Below are positions 12,303-23,709 of a stretch of 64,000 nt of DNA, piece after piece. The DNA is from Chiloscyllium plagiosum. Lineage: Eukaryota. The first letter of the stretch is position 1, and each line of letters begins with the position of its first letter. Under the pieces are notes generated by a model. It was not told where the DNA came from. It saw nothing but the letters and a program-made list of their open reading frames with translations, and searched no databases. Position numbers and translations under genes: made by a program. The stretch lies in assembly GCF_004010195.1 (NCBI RefSeq), contig NC_057751.1, positions 7,778,137-7,842,136 on the forward strand, written 5' to 3'.

Positions 12303-12841
12303 CACAGAGGGATCTTGGGGTCTATGTTCATAGATCTTTGAAAGTTGCCACTCAGGTAGATAGAGCTTGTTTAACGTTCATTAGCAGAGGGATTGAATTC
12401 AAGAGTCGTGAGGTGATGTTGCAGCTGTTGTGGAAGCTTTGGAGAGGGTTCAGAGAAGATTTACCAGGATGTTGCCTGGAATGGAGAGGAAGTCGTACGA
12501 GGATAGGTTGAGAGTTCTCGGCCTTTTCTCGTTGGAACGGCGAAGGATGAGGGGTGACTTGATAGAGGTTTATAAGATGATCAGAGGAATAGATAAAGTA
12601 GACAGTCAGAAACTTTTTACCCGGGTACAACAGAGTGTTACAAGGAAACATAAATTTAAGATGAAGGGTGGAAGGTATAGGGGGGATGTCAGGGGAGTGG
12701 TAGAGTCAGCATCTTTGGTGACCTTTAAGCGGCAATTGGATAGGTACATGGATGGGTGCTTAAGCTAGGACAAATGTTTGGCACAACATCGTGGGCCGAA
12801 GGGCCTGTTCTGTGCTGTATTGTTCTATGTTCTATGTTCTA
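12303..12841 (+). mobile_element. CR1 LINE 3' fragment with internal deletions
   Basis: ORF 12430-12768 EALERVQRRFTRMLPGM...LFSLERRRMRGDLIEVYKMIRG; (ttctatg)n tail. Confidence 0.85.
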
Positions 12842-13033
12842 GCATTACCACCAAGAGGAGGTCATTGAGCTCACTGTGACTGCACTGCCTCTCTGACCAT
12901 TTTAACCGCCTGCCAATCACCTGAATTTCTACCATAACCCCACACGTTCTGCCTGTTCAAATTGTTGCCTGTTACCCTCGTGATTGTCCCAAGTGACCCT
13001 GCTTTCATAATATTTTCTGACAGCACAGTTCAC

Positions 13034-13254
13034 TTTAGTGATTGTAATGAGGTCAGCCAGGTAGACCTTATGGAATCTGAGATCCCTGATTGGGACAGTT
13101 AACCTGTTCCAATCAGGGAGCCCTGGCTGACAAATAGAAACAGGGGTTCTGCTCACTCGAGGAGCTGGCTCTGATCTAGCAGGGTCATGTACTATGCACG
13201 TCTAAATAAACGGTGACTTGGTGTCGGGATACCAGCTTCCCTTGAATTATTTCA
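13034..13254 (+). mobile_element. Short solo-LTR-like repeat
   Basis: Homologous in opposite orientation to 58379-58617; contains an inverted ccctgattgg/ccaatcaggg pair and AATAAA, and ends in ttatttCA. Confidence 0.55.
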
Positions 13255-14115
13255 ACCAGACTCGAAAGACTCATTGGGTGAACAAGTGTTTCCTTACCTC
13301 GTAGTTGCTTCTTGTGTGAAGAGTTGACCTGATAAAGTTCACCCAGTGACCTTCAGTGAACGAGATGATCTTGGCCTGCATCCCAACCTTGCGCGACCCT
13401 ACCTTATCCCTCAATGAGCGCATTCATGAATGCGAGCCTGAAAACAAGTTTTGGGATCACATACATTTGGAAGGACGGCGCAGTTTCAAACAACACTGGC
13501 ACCTTCCCCCAAACCTCTGACTCTTCAGCATCCGAGGTCCTCACTTCCTCAGACTGTGTGTGTCAAGACTGGTCAAGCACAGGACTCACAACTTCAGGAC
13601 TGGTTTGAATCAGCTGCTCTACAGGTGGATGGGTACTTTGACTTTTCAAGAGCAAACCAAGCTGATGACAACTTCCTTCATTCCAACTCAGCTTTCAGAG
13701 CAAATACTGACAACAATGGCACTTTGCATAAACTCATCCCGCAGCTGTCTCTGAAAATTAAATAAGGATGTTCCTTTGTCTAATTATACGACAGCATGTC
13801 AAAATGTCTCAGTCGATCCTGACAAATGCACATTTATTCAATGCATAAGCTCATCAGTGTTGAGTTTCCACTATAAGCATCCTTCACATCACAGATGGTG
13901 TTCACTTCTCATTTTAACATCAAACAAGTCAACTTTAAAGCCTCACTGATGTTGATAGGAATTCAAACATTGACTTAAAATGGCTTTCAAAGAACTTGCT
14001 TATTTTTACTTGCTAAGAGAGAAAATAGGGCACCTTTTCTTCAAGCTAAAGTTATCCAGTTGGGACAGAGGAATTTTTGTTGGTAATTGTTTTCCTGGAA
14101 CTGATCCCACATGCT

Positions 14116-14327
14116 AGGAGAAAGTGACAACTGCAGATGCTGGAGATCAGAGTCAAGAAGTGTGGTGCTGGAAAAGCACAGGAGGTCAGGCAGCATCTGA
14201 GGAACAGGGGAATCGATGCTTTGGGCAGCCTCATTCCTGATGAAGGGCTTATGCCCGAAACATTGATGCTCCTGCTCCTCAGATGCTGCATGACCTGCTG
14301 TGCTTTTCCAGCACTGCACTCTTGATT
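14116..14327. mobile_element. Fold-back family A PLE-derived element with hammerhead core and 15-bp TSD
   Basis: Direct repeat ctgatcccacatgct at 14101-14115 and 14328-14342; ctgatga-a-gggc-ttat-gccc-gaaa at 14237-14260. Confidence 0.8.
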
Positions 14328-14379
14328 CTGATCCCACATGCTCCATCACAATGAATACCGGAAGTCATCAGAATATCAG

Positions 14380-14632
14380 CTGCCTCTCAGTGGGTAGCAC
14401 CTGTACCTCCAAGTCGGAAGGTCTTGAGTTCAAGTCTTACACTGAACTCTTGTCGTTTGAGGAGCTGTCTTTTGAATGAGATGCTTAACTGAGGCCGTGT
14501 CTTGGCTGCTTCTTAAAACAATGCACCACGTTGCTTTGAAGAGGAGCAGCAGAGAACTGATCAACATTTGACCAACGTCTGTAAAGGTTGACTGCTGCAT
14601 TCCTGACATTTAAACAGTAGCTTTGATTTAAA
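14380..14632 (+). mobile_element. Old tRNA-derived SINE, DeuSINE (SacSINE1-like)
   Basis: tRNA-like head ctcagtgggtagcacc...gagttcaagtc followed by gaatgagatgcttaactgaggcc...tttgaagaggagcag; similar to 55170-55600 and 63685-63930. Confidence 0.5.
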
Positions 14633-14636
14633 ATGT

Positions 14637-15540
14637 GAGGTGCCGGTGTTAGACTGGGGGATGTGCAAAATTAAAAATCACACAACACCAGGTTACAGTC
14701 CAACAGGGTTGTTAGGAAGTACTAGCTTTTGGAGCGCTGCTCCTTCATCAGGTGGCTGTGGAGCAGGATCGCAAGACACAGAATTTATAACAAAGGATCA
14801 CATTGTCATGCAACTGATACGATATATTGAACAAACCTAGATTGCTGCGAAGTAGTGTGCTGAAATGTCTATTGTGACGAGGGATGTTCCTGGTTCAACA
14901 AGTCCGTGGGGTGCTGAGTTTCTGTGAGAAATCTGTAGCGTTGCGACAGAAGCTGGGGGTCCCCTGCACAATGGGTTTCAAGATGCCATCAACATAGCCA
15001 GAGAGGTTCTCACACAGGGTCCCATTACCTGACACAATGAGACGACCAGGTATGTTGACTTTGTGTATCTTCAGAAGGCAGTAGAAGTCCCTTACATGAG
15101 AAGTAAGTGGATGAGAGTGCGTAGGGAACTCTGAAGGATTGGATCAAAAGTCTTGATCAGTCTGTTCTTTGGTTGGATCGGTCGCTTGTAGCGTTCCTGG
15201 TTGTTCAGTTGTCACTATACTTCCTTGATGTAGTCCGTTCTATTCTGAATGACGATGGCTCCTTTTATATCTGCTGGTTTGATGATAATGTTGCAATTGG
15301 TCTTGGATTTACATATTAATAAACTTAAACCTGCAACCCATTCGAAAAGATGAAAGAGTTAGGAGCAATCTCGGTTTGTTCAATATATCGTATCAGTTGC
15401 ATGACACTGTGATCTTTTGCTATAAGTTCTGTGTCTCATGATTCTGCTCCACAGCCACCTGATGAAGGGGCAGCGCTTCAAAAACTAGTACTTCCAAATA
15501 AACCCACTGGACTATAACCTGGTGTTGTTTGATTTCCATT
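14637..15540 (-). mobile_element. Penelope-like element remnant: RT fragment between inverted pLTRs (family B)
   Basis: Minus 15304-14850 translates, with stops and frameshifts, to NIIIKPADIKGAIVIQNRTDYIKEV, DFYCLLKIHKVNIPGRLIVSGNGTLCENLSGYVDGILKPIV and LVTIDISAHY. Segments 14672-14847 and 15362-15536 are inverted copies, each with a CTGATGA core. Confidence 0.85.
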
Positions 15541-15558
15541 TTAAGAGTCCTTCACTGA

Positions 15559-16196
15559 TGTTATGAAGGTGTAGAAGTATACTGTACCTTGAAGAGATTG
15601 AAGAACTTAAGAGAGGCACACAGAGTGGTGCAGAATTTATAATGTAACGTGTGGTCCAGCAGCTAGAGTAGCTAGTTGCCTAGATACAAAAACAAATTTG
15701 AATGGGGCCAATCAATTTAAATTATACCCCTAAAAATACCAAACTCCAATCAAGTGCGAATTTAGTATATCGGCAATATTAAAAGCCAATGACACAATCT
15801 GATGCTTCTGGGGTATAAGACTGGGAAAACCTGAAGAGTTGGGAGAGAACTACCAAGCCACCAGCATGTACAAACTGCCCGAAACACAGCTCTCTTAAAG
15901 GTACTTTATCTATCAATCACCCATGAAACAGAAATCCCTAAGAAGAAAATTTACAGAGGAAGATACAAAGGGAGGGTTTGACACTGCCTGGTTTTGAAAT
16001 TTGAATTTTTGGTAATTCAATAGGTTAGAGGAAGGAGTTGTAAACAGTTGTTTGTTAATTATTCTCTGTTATACTTTAAGAAATATAGCTGTTAATTTTT
16101 ACTTTAACTGGTTCTTGGCCTCTTGATACTGCACGGGATAAATCTTTTCTGTGTTGCTGGTTTATGTTAAGCAGGGGGGCTTACCTGTGTTGTAAG
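15559..16196 (+). mobile_element. Probable solo LTR
   Basis: Starts TGTTATGA; several CCAAT boxes followed by gggTATAAga; ends ttgtaa, an imperfect inverted match to the start; no TSD recognised. Confidence 0.45.
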
Positions 16197-16369
16197 CTAG
16201 GAACTTCTTTGTGGTGCCCTGAGATTATGAATGGTGTAGTGTGACTCAATACTGAGGGAGTGCATCCTCCTCGGTGGAGGGTCCAGAATGCACACTGGAT
16301 TCTCAGGAGCAGAGGTCGCCCTTGTTTGAAGCGATCATGTTCCTTGACTCTAATGTGACTGGTCTCTTC

Positions 16370-16532
16370 TCAGAAATTTTTCACACGGAGGGCAGTGCAT
16401 GTATGCAATGAGCTGCCAGAGGAAGTGGTGGAGACTTGTACAATTACAGCATTTAAATGGTATCTGGATGGGCATATGAATGGGTAGGGCTTAGAGGGAT
16501 TTGGGCCAAGTGCTGCCAAATGGGACCGGATT
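16370..16532 (+). mobile_element. CR1/HER1 3' fragment
   Basis: aatgagctgccagaggaagtggtggag...caattacagcatttaaa...gggccaagtgctgccaaatggg. Confidence 0.75.
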
Positions 16533-17920
16533 ATTGATTGATTGATTGATTGTCATGTGTACAGAGGTACAATGAAGAGCTTTGTTTATGAGCACTACAA
16601 GCAGATCATAGTAAACAAAGGTGTCGAGATCAGAAAGACTTAGACAGAGGCATACAGGTTACACTGAACTGGGCGTGCACTAGGCAAGATCAACATTAGC
16701 AAGATCAGAATTATTTGAGGCTAGAAAGTCCATTCATCAGTCTAATAACAGCGGGGAAGAAGCTGTTCCTGAACCTGCTGGTGCACACGTTCAGGCTTTA
16801 GTATCTCCTGACCAATGGAAAAGGTTCATAGAGATCATTTCGGGGGTACGATGTTGGCAGCCTTTCCATGGCAGCAAGCCGTGTAAATGGAGTCCAACGA
16901 TGGAAGGTTGCCTTCTGTGAAGGCCTGGGCGGTGCACACCACCTTCTGTAGTTTCTTAATGCCTGGCAGAACAGTAGCTATACCAGGCCATTATGCACTC
17001 AGACAGTACGCTCTCAATGATGCATCTGCAGATGTTAGCGAGGGTACTCATGGACATGCTAAATTTCCTGAGCCAGCTGAGGAAGAAGAGGCATTGTTGT
17101 GCCTTCTTGACCGTCGCATCTGTGTGGGACGCTGGACAGATTGTTGGTTACGGTTACTCCGAGGAACTTGATGCTCTCAACCCCCTCCGTTGATGTAGAT
17201 GGGGACATGTTTTTCTCCTTTCTTTCTGAAGTTTATGATCAGTTCTTTGGTTTTGCTGACATTGAGGGAGAGGGTGTTCTCATTGCACCATGTTCACCAA
17301 GCCCGCTCTCTCCCTTCTGCATTTTGACACAATGTTGTTGGTATTTGTCTTACTATGGCAGTGTTGTCAGCAAACTTGTAGATGGCGTTCAGTTGGAATT
17401 TGGCAACACAGTTGTGGGTATACAGGGAGTACAGTAGGGGGCTGAGGACGCATCCTTGGGGGGCTCCAGTGTTGAGTGTTATTGTAGAGGAGATGCAGTT
17501 GTCTAACTTCACTGATTGCAGTCTGTAGGTCAGGAAGCTGAGGACCAAGTTGCAGAGGGTGGAGCCAAGACCATGGTCATAGAGTTTTAAGATCAGTCTT
17601 TTAAGGTCAGAGGGGACAATGGTGTTGAAGGCAGAGCTGTAGTCAATGAGCAGGCATCTGACATAGGTATCCTTATTGTCCAGATCTTCCAGGAATGACT
17701 GCAGGCTGGAGAAATGGCATCCGCTGTGGACGTAGTACGTCGGTAGGCAAATTGTAGAGGATCGAGGCAGGCTGGGAGACTGGAGTTGATGTGGGCTATG
17801 ACTAGCTTCTCGAAGCGCTTCATGATTATTGGGTCAGAGCCACAAGATGGTCATCATTGCATGTGCTTTCTTAGGTATGGGGATGATGTTGGTCTTCTTG
17901 AAGCATGTGGGGACTTGGGC
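16533..17920 (-). mobile_element. Rex1/Babar-type LINE, 5'-truncated and decayed
   Basis: Minus ORFs [28 protein letters not shown] and [24 protein letters not shown]...[10 protein letters not shown]; (attg)n tail at the left end. Confidence 0.85.
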
Positions 17921-18599
17921 TTGTAGATTAATTTAGGATATCTGATTGGCGTGGACAAGTTGGATCGAAGGGTCTGTTTCTGTGCTGTACAACTCCATTG
18001 CTCTCCTTTTCATGTAAAATGTTGCATAACACCTCATATTGAGGCTATGTTTTAGACAGTCATCCACCAGACTCATTGTAGATGACTCATTGTCAAATCT
18101 AGTTTGATGATACTCCTGTGAAGCACGTTTTATATTAAAAGTTATATCTAAGTGCTGGTTCTCATTGGGAAGAAACTGGCTGCAAACTAACAACAACATT
18201 CGACTTTCCAAAGAATACAATGGTCAGCTAATGATGTTTACTCAACTGGCAGACAGGCATCTGACCAAGGCAAAATCAGAAGCCAATTTATGTTCCAAAT
18301 TGTCCATTTACAGAACTCCGTACAGCTGAAAATCAGATCCCCTTCCATAACAGCAGCCCAACCTGGCAGAGCCTGCTTTTTCAGATATTATTAATCAATA
18401 ATAGCTCTCCAACAGGTAGGACGTGAACCCAGACCTCCTGGCTCAGAGATAGAGGCAACACAAAAACTCAACTTGCGTCTTCATCATGTGTCCCAAGCAT
18501 TCCCCAACAAATATCAGTTGCTCTCAACTGCAACCAGACAATGCACATATTCCCTTCCAGTCAAATTTGCTCAATTAGTTAATCTGGATCAAATCAGTT

Positions 18600-18990
18600 T
18601 GATTTCCTGTGGTGATGTCATTTCCTGTGGTGAAGTCACTTCCTTTTTTTTCTCAGGGTGTGGTAGATGGTGTTTAACTCGATGTGTTTGTTGATAGAGT
18701 TCCGTGCGGAATGCCATGCTTCTCGGAATTCTTGTGCGAACTCTAACAACTAACACATCGAGTTAGACCCCATTTACCACCCCCTGAGAAAAAGAACAGA
18801 AAGAGACTTCGCCACTGGAGATGACAAACCCAAACATAAAAACAGAAAGCAGGATTTATCAGCAGCGCTTCACCTGAGGCCCACCGAAAATATTACCTAG
18901 TAGGGTGACGAAATGTCTGGAAACGTCCAGCTCAGCGAGCAAACCTACATCAAGAACCTCATACTGACCTACAAACCTTCTCATAACTCG
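18600..18990. mobile_element. Penelope-like element 3' end (family C) in inverted arrangement
   Basis: Minus arm encodes AQEFREAWHSARNSINKHIELNTIYHTLRK (GIY-YIG C-terminus). The plus arm repeats part of it and continues to a degenerate hammerhead ccgaaaa-tattacc-tagta-gggtgac-gaaa-tgtc. Confidence 0.7.
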
Positions 18991-21214
18991 CGAACAATTA
19001 GTTGCCTATCCTTCACCATAGCTGTAGCACTGACATGGAAGTTGACTCTCAAACGCAAGTCTTCAAACTGGAGGGTGGGGCAGGGTGGAGCTGACCTCTG
19101 AGATCATTGGTTTGAAGGTAGCCCCCCGAGCCAGAGACACCGAATGCGACCGCCCCTCAGGATCCCACTGAAAGTGCAAAGCCAACCCAGCAAGGGTCCA
19201 CACCATTAAAAAAAGAAACAATTCGTCTGTCTTTTCCTTGCGAGAGAGTGAACCCCCAGTGGGTGCAAAAACTCACCTCGCTGCAGAGTGCCTTCTCATG
19301 ACTGAGCCCCGGGCTTTCAAATAATGACAGCACACCACAGCCGAATAGTTGAAACCTTTCTGCCACCAGGAATACCGAGACCTGCTCAACTCATCGTCTC
19401 GCCGTCCCATCTGTTGCAACTTGAGCTACGCACTTGCCCTGAGAAGTGATCCAAAAGAGGCAGTGATTAGTTGCAGGTGTCGCTAACCGAAGCACCATGC
19501 CCTTGATTTGAGATGTTGGGAGAGTGACTTCCAAGTTTCCTCTGAATTGTCATCTCAGGCGCACCGACACGGGGTGGGTTTCCGATTTCCAAGCACATTC
19601 AGTACCGCAGGAAAGACCCTGTGTGGCAATTCCGATTCCTGCTACAGTTCTTGCACAACTACTGCCAACTCTCTGCCTTATATCCACACAGTCAGGCCCC
19701 CTCAAACTCATCCACTGTCGTATCCATCAGACCACATGAATTCTCAAGCCTTTGGAGCTGGTTCAGTGTGTTCAAGATGCTGGTCAAAAATGTTTCCTGA
19801 TACTGAAGGCATTAAAGGACCTACATGCACACCTGAAATATTTGGTGCTCACAGGTACAATTGTAGTCTTACAGAAGGACACCAAACTGGTACTCTTTCA
19901 GCTCCAGATAGGACCCATACCACCAAGAGGAAACCTTTATTGCATCCATTTGAGTTCAATTTGAACAGAAGAATCAAGACTAGTGGCAAAACAGCAGAGA
20001 CAGCCCATTAACATCTCCCAAGTCTTGTTACTGCATTGAAAAACTGCATATAGAACAGAGCAACTCATGGGACCGCCAAACTGAACCTTTGGGCTCGCTT
20101 TGGAGTCAAACCCAGGTTAACGGGGTTAAAGTCGTTGTTTTGTCCACCTGCTGCAAGGATGCGTGATAGTCTCAGCCTCATCTGAAGTGGGCAGGAGTCT
20201 ACAGTGCAACAGGTGACATAATGCAGCAAACATGTGCAAGCACACTTGGAGATAAATGAACATTCCACAGGCAGTATGCAGGGTTCAAAGTCTCTTCACT
20301 TGCCTGTGACTAATGTTTCCATCGTTGATACCCCATGTCAGGAAGGGAAATGGGATTGAAAGAAGCTGCAAGGGTGATTGAAAATGAAAGATCTGGGTGG
20401 TTTTGAGAAGTAGCCACTCAGAGAAAGGATTCACAAACTTGATTTCACAAAGCGCCTTTCAAGACATTTGGATGTCCCAGAGTGTTTCCTGATGAAGAGA
20501 GTACTGTTGAGCTGTTGATGTTGTCATAACTTGACAAGCGCACACAGCCAGGTCTCACATATGTGCATACACACACAAGGGTGCGTTGGGATTGAGTGTG
20601 TACAAAGCCAGCTCAGAGCAGGCAAGCAACATGAGCTGAGTATCTAAGTTGGTCAAGGGACGAAATGCTAACCAAGCAAAACTGTGCAGAACTTTCCTTG
20701 CTCCTCTGTCTCCCACGAGACAATGGGTTCCCATTTTATTGAACAAGCAGAGACATGAGGACGTGGTGTTACATCTGCCTCAGGAGACAGCACTTCCCAG
20801 CAAAGCAATGCTCCCCATTCTCGTGATAGACACGGAGTCTCAGCTGATGTTTTTGTGCTGAAACCCTAAACTGGGACTTGGCCCCACTGAGACATGATGG
20901 GCACAGACAAGTATTCAGAAATGAAAGTGGGGTCCGGGATCTCCAGTTTTCAGTGGGTCACTGGATTGGCAGGGAATCATGGCTCCACACTCCCTCTGAT
21001 ACCCATTGACCAATCACAACCTGCTGCACGTTAGATTCTTTGATTTAGCAATGATCCTTCAGATTTCTGGAAGGACCACATGTTTTTCCAGAAGGTTTCG
21101 AAGACCAGAGGACATGAGCTAAGGAGTGAGGGATCAGGAACGGGTGGGTATGAGTTCTAACTGGAATTGGCTCTCTCTGGTGTAAGTTTTCATTCTGATT
21201 TACTCTTCAGGAGA

Positions 21215-21665
21215 GCATTCATTGCCCATCCCCAACTGCCCTTGGACTGAGTGGTTTATTGGCCATTTCATTAGGCAGGTAAGAATCAATCGCATTGCTG
21301 CAGTTCTGGACTCACACGTAGGGCAGACTGGGTAAGGAAGGCAGATTTCCTTCCTTCACGAGTGAAGATATTTTCCAATAATTCAGAGATTTATTATAAA
21401 ACTCTGGAGCAGGTGGGATTGAACCAGGGCCTATCTAGGGGTTCAGAGGTAGAGACACCACCATGCACAACAGGAGCCCATCCCTTCACCAGTGAATTAG
21501 ATGGGTTTTGGTAACAATAAGCCAACCCACATTTTCATTCATTCAATCCATGAACTGAAATTCAAATTTTACCATCTGCCACAGTGGGATTTGAACTCAC
21601 ATCCCCTAACACTATTCTTTGCTATCCGAGTCCACTGATAGTACCACTCTGCCAGTGCCATCCCA
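21215..21665 (-). mobile_element. Second tRNA-derived SINE family sharing its 3' tail with the CR1-group LINE
   Basis: Reverse strand reads tggcactggcagagtggtactatcagtggac...gagttcaaatcccactgtggcagatggt...ggaaggaaatctgccttccttacc...caagggcagttggggatgggcaat. Homologous to 25520-25790 and 39165-39470. Confidence 0.6.
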
Positions 21666-22099
21666 ATAATCCCAATGTCACAAACTCAAAAGGAGTTACA
21701 AGATACCAGACAAGATGATGACAGCAAATACAATTCACGGGTTATGAGTGACATTTCACTGAATGGGTCAGACTTCCTCTGGCACCAGTAACTCAAATGG
21801 CATATCTTCTCTTCAGCTGTGATCCATGGTTGCAAAACGGTCAGGTTCTATCAAGTGGCTCCTTAGGATCCACAGCCTGATCACCCCTGCCCAGCAGTCA
21901 CCTAAATATGAATCCCCTACCTGACGATTCCTCATGCTAATGAGGGGAATTCTCATATGCTAAACTCTGGCCCTCGGTAAAATTAGGAAGGCCGGGTCCA
22001 GAATGTTCAGGTCCTCCTGAACTGTGTGGGTGGGTAAATCACAGTCGCCCATAAAACAATCATGGGGTACTAGGGGGGGGCGGGATTCACTGATCCACA

Positions 22100-22730
22100 T
22101 CAGGACGTGAGCAACACTGGCTCAACCAGAGTTGGTTGGGTGACCTCAGCTGCCCTTGAGAAGGTGGTCTTCTCGTAACACTGGGGTGTCCAGGTCCTGT
22201 ATAGATACTCACAATGCTATCAGGAAGGGAATTCTAGGAGTTCAAGCCCGGCAATAGTGAAGGAATGTCGATGTAGCTCAAAGTCAGGATGATATGCAGT
22301 TTGGAATGGAGCTTCTAGGTGGTGGTGCTCCCATTGTCTGGCGCCCTTTGTCATTTTAGGGGTCAGAGGTCACAGAGAAATGCTGATGAAGAAGCCTTGA
22401 TATGATGCTCCTGCCCATCTTGTACATCGTGCAGTCTGCCTGCCAGTGTCCATTGGGGATGGTGGGAGTTAACAGTTCGGTTTGAGAGTGAGGAGCCTAA
22501 CCCACCATTATCCTCAATGTTGACCACCTGGGATACTATTAGCACGGCACTGATCCAGGCAAATGGAGAGTGTACCATTACACAGGCCTGGTTTATGCCA
22601 TGTCAATGGTCATCATATTTGGGGAAATGGAAGTAGAGTTATTCACTGCAGATTTCCCAGCCTCTGACGTGAACCGTGAAACGCCAACGTGGACACTGCT
22701 GGTCAGTTCAGTTTCCGATTAATGGCGAGC
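22100..22730 (-). mobile_element. CR1-group LINE 3' fragment (second family), diverged
   Basis: Reverse-strand homology to 8100-8470 (ctgcccttgagaaggtggt, aagtcaggatg, catcttgtacatcgtgcag). Confidence 0.6.
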
Positions 22731-22883
22731 CGCAGAATCACTCAACATCTCGTGTGCAGTGTGGACATCCAAGGCTGTTGCTGAATTCTAGTTAATTCAA
22801 ACTGTTCTTCAAAGTATCCCATTGTTGATATTCAAGCTGCTTACTTTGATTTACTAGTTTGTTCAAATCCTTCAACGATTTTA

Positions 22884-23012
22884 TCAAAAATCACATGATA
22901 CCAGGTTACACTCCAACAGATTTATTTTGAATAAACCTGTGGGACTATCACCCAGTGCTGTGTGATTTTTGACTGTGTCCACCCCAGTCCAACACCGGCA
23001 CCTCCACGTCAT
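22884..23012. mobile_element. Palindromic family B pLTR tail remnant
   Basis: aaaaatcacatgataccaggttacactccaacagatttattt | aataaacctgtgggactatcacccagtgctgtgtgatttt...ccagtccaacaccggcacctcc. Confidence 0.65.
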
Positions 23013-23406
23013 CGATTTGAATCAACAACAACAGACTCTACCTCCAAAAGTAATTAGTGAGGGTCAACACTTTGATTAGAACAAACAAAGAATTAACTGT
23101 TATTCGCAATATATTCATTTTAATTTTTTGCTTGCAAATGGGGCAATTAACTTAGGAAACCTGTTTCTATTTATTCAACACAGTATCACAATTGTCATCT
23201 AAACTCCATTCCTGCTCAGTCTGTCTAGCTAAAAATGGTGTATTGTTCTCCAATTCAGATTTTACAAACTGAATTTCCTTCAAGGCTTCCCCCCACCCCC
23301 AGTCCAATCCCACTATTTTATCTCTTCTCCTTGTCAATGGAATCCTTCACTCGTTGCCCAAAATTGGTGACGCATCTCCGCAGGATCTTGCTGACTCAAA
23401 TACAAT

Positions 23407-23621
23407 GGGGAGAAAGTCAGGACTGCAGATGCTGGAGATCAGAGCTGAAAATGTGTTGCTGGAAAAGCGCAGCAGGTCAGGCAGCATCCAAGGAGCAGGA
23501 GAATCGACATTTCGGGCATGAGTCCGAAACATTCCTGAAGAAGGGCTCATGCCCGAAACGTCGATTCTCCTGCTTCTTGGATGCTGCCTGACCTGCTGCG
23601 CTTTTCCAGCAACACATTTTC
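23407..23621. mobile_element. Fold-back family A PLE-derived element with 14-bp TSD
   Basis: Direct repeat gactcaaatacaat at 23393-23406 and 23622-23635; inverted arms of about 80 bp. Confidence 0.85.
23535..23562 (+). ncRNA. Minimal hammerhead ribozyme core, intact
   Basis: CUGAAGA-A-GGGC-UCAU-GCCC-GAAA-CGUC: all conserved core nucleotides present, 4-bp stem II, palindromic ACGU stem III and GUC cleavage triplet. Activity untested. Confidence 0.7.
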
Positions 23622-23709
23622 GACTCAAATACAATCCCAAGTTGGTGATCATCCCTTCCTTATTTCTCACTGACACCCATTAAACGTAACTGGACAATCT
23701 CCCAACAGT

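Noticed and set aside
13298..13750. Minus-strand acceptor (attttcag) and donor (gag|gtaagg) bracketing unique sequence
   Set aside because: All frames are closed; it could only be a non-coding exon, which cannot be supported without RNA data.
19508..20011. 167-aa ORF in repeat-poor sequence
   Set aside because: No recognisable motif or convincing splice or start context; length is compatible with chance.
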